A stretch of 64,000 bases of DNA. It comes from Candidatus Geocrenenecus huangii. GTDB lineage: Archaea > Thermoproteota > Nitrososphaeria_A > Caldarchaeales > Wolframiiraptoraceae. A program made the position numbers and the translations under genes. The notes under the pieces are model-generated. The model worked only from the letters and a program-made list of their open reading frames with translations, searched no databases and was not told the origin of the DNA. The DNA is taken from positions 64,001 to 128,000 of the forward strand of contig JALNLM010000002.1 of the NCBI GenBank assembly GCA_023254095.1, read 5' to 3'. How positions within the stretch are numbered: the first letter of the stretch is position 1; each line of letters starts with the position of its first letter. Shown piece by piece: positions 58,786-64,000 of the stretch.

Positions 58786-60227
58786 ATTCTCTTGAAGTCA
58801 GAAACCTGAATTGTAGATATGATTCCAAATGGATACTGAGAAATATATCTTTCAAGGTTAAGCCTGGCGAAGCATTAGCTATAGTGGGTCCAAGCGCTTC
58901 GGGGAAGACAACTCTCACATACTGTCTTTCAGGAGTCATCCCTAACAGGATACGGGCAGAAGTATCAGGATGCTTGAGAGTAGATGGTGAAGAACTTCTA
59001 GGAAAGCCGATTAAAGAAATAATAAAGTCAATTGGAGTAGTCCTCCAAAACTATGAATTACAGGTCTTCGGATTAACAGTTGAAGAAGACTTAGAATTAA
59101 GTATGAAGGAAGATGACCGAGATACACTTGAGAGAGTTCTAAAGCTCTTTGAACTAGAGAAGTATAGGAGATACTATGTTCATGAACTTTCAGGAGGATT
59201 GAAACATCGGCTAGTCATAGCTTCTACAATCCTAACAGACCCGAAATACATTGTGATGGATGACCCGGTAGTGAACCTAGACTGGAACAGTAGGATGATA
59301 GTAGCAAAAACAATAGAATTACTAAAACAAAAAGGAAAAGGAGTAATAATACTTGGGAGGAGGCTAAAAGGATTGGAGAAAGTCGTAGACCGATGGATAC
59401 ACATAACCCCAGAGCGATCAGAAAATACACTTCCGTGGCCACAACAGACCAAGACTACAAATAGTAAGACTGTAACCGAACTTTCAGATGACCCTATAAT
59501 TGAATTTAGAGAAGTATATTATAGATATAGTAAGGAATATGTTTTGAAGAATGTATCTCTACAGATTAGGAAGGGCGAGATACATGCAGTCATGGGTCCG
59601 AATGGTTCAGGGAAAACTACCTTGATGAAACATATCAATGGATTACTGAAACCATCTAGAGGAACAGTGTTGGTGAATAATGTAGATACGAAGAAGACTA
59701 GCCCTGCCGAAATGTCAAAGTTTGTTGGAATAGTCTTCCAAGACCCTGAGAAATACTTTGTCTCAGAAAGAGTTTGGGATGAAGTCGCATTTGGTGTTAG
59801 AAACCTCGGTCTAGATGAAAAGAATGTTGATGTAGCTTTACGCATGTTGAACCTAGAAGATAGGAAAGATTCAAGTCCATACTCTCTAAGCATGGGAGAG
59901 AAGATTAGACTGTACATAGCATCTGTTGTAGCAATGGACCCGCAGATAATAATCCTGGATGAACCTACTACCGGCCAAGATGAGGGAACTCTGGAGCAGA
60001 TGATGAATACTATTAAAAAGCTAAGGGACATGAATAAAACAATTGTTGTCGTAACACATGATTCAGATTTCGCGCTATCTGTCGCTGACAGGTTGACGAT
60101 ACTGAAGGATGGAAGCGTCTATGCAGAAGGAAGCCCCCTAGAACTGTTGAATAATATTTCATTGGTTCAAGAGGTTGGAATTGAACCTTTATCGATAGAA
60201 GGTGAAGAGAAATGCTTGGCAAAATAG
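58773..60227 (+). CDS. ECF transporter ATPase with two fused ABC domains
   Basis: GPSASGKT/LSGG and GPNGSGKT/LSMGE/LDEPT/VTHD. Confidence 0.92.
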   Translation: MEVLDSLEVRNLNCRYDSKWILRNISFKVKPGEALAIVGPSASGKTTLTYCLSGVIPNRIRAEVSGCLRVDGEELLGKPIKEIIKSIGVVLQNYELQVFGLTVEEDLELSMKEDDRDTLERVLKLFELEKYRRYYVHELSGGLKHRLVIASTILTDPKYIVMDDPVVNLDWNSRMIVAKTIELLKQKGKGVIILGRRLKGLEKVVDRWIHITPERSENTLPWPQQTKTTNSKTVTELSDDPIIEFREVYYRYSKEYVLKNVSLQIRKGEIHAVMGPNGSGKTTLMKHINGLLKPSRGTVLVNNVDTKKTSPAEMSKFVGIVFQDPEKYFVSERVWDEVAFGVRNLGLDEKNVDVALRMLNLEDRKDSSPYSLSMGEKIRLYIASVVAMDPQIIILDEPTTGQDEGTLEQMMNTIKKLRDMNKTIVVVTHDSDFALSVADRLTILKDGSVYAEGSPLELLNNISLVQEVGIEPLSIEGEEKCLAK

Positions 60228-60934
60228 CTCTCGATCTAGATTCGAGAACAAAAATACTCTTATTCATTACGTGGTTTTCCATGGTATTCATCTGTAGAAA
60301 CCTCTATAGCCTTCTAACACTGTTCGCATCCTCGACCTTGATATTGATCTTATCTGGTTCAGCATTCTCGGTTTTTAAGAAGATGAAGATTATGCTCCCA
60401 CTGGTATTACTTTCATGGCCTCTCTGGACATTTCTCGGAAATTGGTCTCTATTCCACTCGACAGGTGGAGGATTCGACCTATTCTTCGGACTATTCATGA
60501 TGCTTAGATTACTACTCATAATAATGATCTCTGTAGCTTTCATATTGATTGTTAAACCGACGGAAATAATCGGAACAATTAATTCTGTCAAGCTACCCCC
60601 TCAGGTCGGTGCAGTCTTCGCATTGGCTTTCAGAAACTTGTATATTACTGCAGAAGATTATAAATCAATTAAAGAAGCTCATACATCCAGAGGGTTAGAG
60701 CTCGATAAAGGTTCTCTAGTCAAGAGGATTAGGAGTCACATACCATTATTAATCCCCTTAATTATAAAGAGTATAGACAATGCGGAAAAACTTGTATTAG
60801 CATTAGAGTTGCGTCCAAGCATTATGAACCGGAGGAAGTCTAAACCTCTAAGACTTCAAGATACAGTGATGATTATAGGATGCGTTATTGTACTCCTCTT
60901 TATGGCTTACTATAGCTTTGTAATGGTGAGTTGA
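60212..60934 (+). CDS. ecfT: ECF transmembrane (T) component
   Basis: 'LDSRTKI', 'EAHTSRG', 'ALELR'. Confidence 0.9.
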   Translation: MLGKIALDLDSRTKILLFITWFSMVFICRNLYSLLTLFASSTLILILSGSAFSVFKKMKIMLPLVLLSWPLWTFLGNWSLFHSTGGGFDLFFGLFMMLRLLLIIMISVAFILIVKPTEIIGTINSVKLPPQVGAVFALAFRNLYITAEDYKSIKEAHTSRGLELDKGSLVKRIRSHIPLLIPLIIKSIDNAEKLVLALELRPSIMNRRKSKPLRLQDTVMIIGCVIVLLFMAYYSFVMVS

Positions 60935-61525
60935 ATGTCTCCTAGAGTCTTAGAGTATAAAGGTCAAGAAAAACATATTATACAATTAGGCGGATTAGTA
61001 AGGGAGTTACCAATTATACAAGTCTCGAACGATATCTGGATAGCTTCAAACGCAGACCTAATCTTAGGAGACATAGAATTCATTCAGACAGCTGCAGACC
61101 TGCTATCCGAGAAGATTAAGAAATACGCCCCCGAGATCATAGTTACTCCGGAAGCCAAAGCTATAGCATTCGCATATGAAGTGGCCAAGAAGCTCGGTCA
61201 CAAGAAACTAGTTATCGCTAGAAAATCCGTAAAGGCGTATATGAGAGACTATCTCCTAGAAGAATGTTCATCGATAACTACGAAGGGGAGACAAGTTCTC
61301 CTATTCGTGAAAGAAGATGTAGAGAAGATAAGTAATAAGAAAGTATGTATACTGGATGACGTTGTATCTACTGGTGGAACTATTACAGCTTTAGAGAAGT
61401 TGGTTAGGAAGGCAGGTGGAGAGGTAATCTGCAAAGCCACCATCTGGATCGAGGGTCCATGGTATACGGGTGAACTAGTATATCTAGATGAACTCCCAGT
61501 ATTCGTGAAGCAGCAGGAAGGCTAG
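60935..61525 (+). CDS. Purine phosphoribosyltransferase (Apt/Xpt-like)
   Basis: 'PEAKAI', 'ARKS', PRPP motif 'ILDDVVSTGGT'. Confidence 0.88.
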   Translation: MSPRVLEYKGQEKHIIQLGGLVRELPIIQVSNDIWIASNADLILGDIEFIQTAADLLSEKIKKYAPEIIVTPEAKAIAFAYEVAKKLGHKKLVIARKSVKAYMRDYLLEECSSITTKGRQVLLFVKEDVEKISNKKVCILDDVVSTGGTITALEKLVRKAGGEVICKATIWIEGPWYTGELVYLDELPVFVKQQEG

Positions 61526-61589
61526 CCCTAATTTACCAGAACTCAAGAATATCAGGAGTGCTACGATCTCTTTAATAGTAACTCCGGCG

Positions 61590-62318
61590 ATGTTAATAGT
61601 TGAATTCATGAAGAAAGTTGAAGAATTGAATTATAGGCTATACTCGATCGAGGCTCTTAGAATCCTGAAGAAGATGACATCCTATGACAAACTCTCATCT
61701 ATGCTAGAAATCCCCCCGACAGCCTTAAGCAGGTATGTTAATGGACATGTCGTCCCGAGCCTTGAAACAGCACGCTCAATATTTAATATATTCAAGAGAG
61801 AATACTTAATGAATGAAGTAAACAAGAGGATAATAGTTGATGAGTTTGGTGCAGTAGATAGTAGCTTAATAATATATGACCCAGTATTCTTGAAGAACCT
61901 CATCGTATCAGAATACGAAAAACTGAACTCTGTGAAGGTAGACAAGGTCTTAACCCTTGAAGCGGATGGAATACCTGTCGCATATCAGATAGCTTCGATA
62001 CTCGGTAAAGAAGTCGCGGTTGCTAGAAAAGCGAAAAAGCTTGGTGTAAGAGATTTCCTCGAGATAAAACAGGTCTTCGAGTCTGGAACATATAGATACA
62101 TCTACCTAGCTAGAAACGCTATAAAGAAAGGAGAATATGTACTCTTAACAGATGACATAATCAGGACAGGAGCAACCATAAAAGCATTGGTAAACTTGTG
62201 CAAAGAGGCGAAAGCAAACGTTTCAGGGATATTCACCATAATATCTTTAAAGAAGATGCATACAAAGCTTGAAGAGGAATTAGGCATTCCTGTGATCTCA
62301 TTCATAGAACTACAGTGA
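61590..62318 (+). CDS. HTH-phosphoribosyltransferase fusion (PurR-like regulator)
   Basis: N-terminal HTH 'LSRYVNGHVVPS'; 'LTDDIIRTGAT' PRPP motif. Confidence 0.85.
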   Translation: MLIVEFMKKVEELNYRLYSIEALRILKKMTSYDKLSSMLEIPPTALSRYVNGHVVPSLETARSIFNIFKREYLMNEVNKRIIVDEFGAVDSSLIIYDPVFLKNLIVSEYEKLNSVKVDKVLTLEADGIPVAYQIASILGKEVAVARKAKKLGVRDFLEIKQVFESGTYRYIYLARNAIKKGEYVLLTDDIIRTGATIKALVNLCKEAKANVSGIFTIISLKKMHTKLEEELGIPVISFIELQ

Positions 62319-62451
62319 CCAGAATACTTTACAGATACTCTGTTTAGACTTGTTCAATACCTAGCATATCATGAGTGTATCTAATGTTTCTTCTACGTTA
62401 AGCGTTCACGCCGTAAAATAATATTCAAATATTCTCTAGTGGTGTCACTTA

Positions 62452-63387
62452 ATGATGGATAGATGTGGAAGATGTAAGAATGAGAAAACGCCACTGTTTA
62501 AGATGAGTAGGTTAAACAGTTTGTTATGTTCATCTTGTTTTGAAGATTATTATGAGAGGAAGGTTAAGAATACAGTGTTGAAGTATGGAATGCTTAATGG
62601 AGTGAATAAGCTTGCAATAGCTGCTTCAGGAGGAAAAGATAGTATGGCTTTATTGAAAGTCTTCTCGGAATTGTTTCCTCACATTAAGTTTGCCGTCATA
62701 CATCTAAATCTAGGGATACCTGGGCACTCGGATGAATGCATTAAGGTTGTAGAGAAGTTTTGTATAGAAAACTCTATAGAACTCTTAGTATACGATCTGA
62801 AGAAATACCATGGTTACACAATAGGCGATCTTAGCAATTTGAAGAATAATAAGAGAATTTGTGGAGTATGCGGAATAGTTAAGAGACATCTTATGAATAA
62901 GGTCGCATACGAGAATGGCTTCGATACCCTCGCTACGGGCCACAACCTTGACGATGTCGTCGAGATACTGTTCAACCTATATCTCAATGGAAATGTAGAA
63001 GAAATGTCGAGAATTAAGCCTGTCGCACCTAGTATGAACCCGAAGCTGATTAGGAAGATAAAACCGTTGATAGAGGTGACCGACCAAGAAGACCTATACT
63101 ATGTAATCTCCAAGAATCTCGATTACGCCTCTTCTGAGTGCCCACTTATTAAAGGCTCGAGAATGGTTGAAAGGAAGAATTTGATTCTGAGAATTGAAGA
63201 AGAGATACCTAACTTCAGGTATAGGTTCCTTAAGACTCATCTAAAACGTTTCCTACCTATACTTAAAGAACATTCACAACCTATCACCTTAAGAGAATGT
63301 GACGTTTGCAGTATGCCTTCAGTAGGCTCGATATGTAGTTTCTGTAAATTATCTTCAAGAATACTCAATTGGGTGGAAAATGCTTGA
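62452..63387 (+). CDS. tRNA 2-thiolation protein TtuA/NcsA family
   Basis: PP-loop 'SGGKDS', CGVC, 'GHNLDD', N- and C-terminal Zn fingers. Confidence 0.9.
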   Translation: MMDRCGRCKNEKTPLFKMSRLNSLLCSSCFEDYYERKVKNTVLKYGMLNGVNKLAIAASGGKDSMALLKVFSELFPHIKFAVIHLNLGIPGHSDECIKVVEKFCIENSIELLVYDLKKYHGYTIGDLSNLKNNKRICGVCGIVKRHLMNKVAYENGFDTLATGHNLDDVVEILFNLYLNGNVEEMSRIKPVAPSMNPKLIRKIKPLIEVTDQEDLYYVISKNLDYASSECPLIKGSRMVERKNLILRIEEEIPNFRYRFLKTHLKRFLPILKEHSQPITLRECDVCSMPSVGSICSFCKLSSRILNWVENA

Positions 63388-63995
63388 AAAAGAAGAGAGA
63401 ACTGGAAAATAAGCTTATAACACGTCTTTCAAGCAGTCTCGTAGATGTGATCTCATCCACAAGAATAAGACCTATAGACCTAACGCTTACATCATTCCTC
63501 CTAGCTCTCTCATCATCTTCTACATATTATTTTTCTCGAGAAAATGTCTATTTTTATTTTCTAGCGGGAAGTCTTCTTCTCTTGTCAGGCTTCCTCGATG
63601 CGTTGGATGGGGCAGTAGCTAGGAAGAAGAACATGGAGACACAGATAGGAGCATTCTTAGATTCAACTCTCGATAAGATAGGGGAAGCAGCAGTCTTCAT
63701 CGGGTTGATTGCTTCTGAAGCTACTACTCCTCTATTGGGCTCTCTAGGCTTAGCCTCCTCCATCCTCATCAGCTACACTAGGTCTAGAGCAGAAGGCCTT
63801 AATGTTGATTTGAAAGGAGTAGGATTGATGGAGAGAGCTGAAAGAATAGTCTTGTTAGTGGTTGCCTCGTTTCTCGAACCATTCTTTAGAGGAGTGATCA
63901 ACTTAACAATGATCGTACTGGTAATTCTATCCTTATATACGCTTGTACAGAGAATACTGTATGTAAGTAGAATACTTAGTCAAAGGCTTTCTTGA
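63369..63995 (+). CDS. CDP-alcohol phosphatidyltransferase (archaetidylinositol-phosphate synthase-like)
   Basis: 'DALDGAVAR..GAFLDSTLD', 'SYTRSRAE', 'ERAER'. Confidence 0.9.
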   Translation: MGGKCLKKKRELENKLITRLSSSLVDVISSTRIRPIDLTLTSFLLALSSSSTYYFSRENVYFYFLAGSLLLLSGFLDALDGAVARKKNMETQIGAFLDSTLDKIGEAAVFIGLIASEATTPLLGSLGLASSILISYTRSRAEGLNVDLKGVGLMERAERIVLLVVASFLEPFFRGVINLTMIVLVILSLYTLVQRILYVSRILSQRLS

Positions 63996-64000
63996 ATCTT

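Noticed and set aside
809-63769. Many antisense and alternate-frame ORFs (e.g. 1492-2106, 53958-54596, 55597-56142)
   Set aside because: They shadow well-supported genes, are Ser/Ile/Phe-rich and have no recognisable motifs
1-64000. CRISPR array, rRNA, integrase or transposase
   Set aside because: No regularly spaced repeats, rRNA-like tracts or recombinase motifs were found by eye

Overview
Gene-dense core-genome segment of a thermophilic TACK archaeon, probably Aigarchaeota/Caldarchaeales-like. This is inferred from the archaeal informational genes, the thaumarchaeal-style NuoD C-terminus and the multi-intron tRNAs. The window holds translation, repair and housekeeping genes (uS15, aIF2b, FtsY, Pth2, TruD, Trm5, FEN1, Cdc48, EF-1b, SecE-Spt5-uL11-uL1, uL10, AlaRS, P1/L12, EndoIV, EndoQ, PINA), a stand-alone nuoBCD, two A-ATPase subunits and thiamine genes. 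It also has five tRNA genes (four with BHB introns; both tRNA-Gln have two) and a ~14 kb pyrimidine/purine cluster containing an ECF transporter. No CRISPR array, rRNA, transposase or integrase was seen. Three signals stand out. (1) A three-gene cassette between uL1 and uL10 encodes a heme-copper oxidase-superfamily enzyme with Asp in place of the CuB His and of the cross-link Tyr, and a Cys-free subunit II lacking the CuA site. It resembles the gNOR putative NO reductases, and its upstream regulator is broken by an in-frame TAA. (2) The tRNA-Gln intron loops look antisense to the tRNA's own D-arm and, from memory, to a conserved 23S rRNA segment. (3) An ECF transporter is coupled to purine salvage and a PurR-like regulator. 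All family assignments come from motif recognition; no database search was run.
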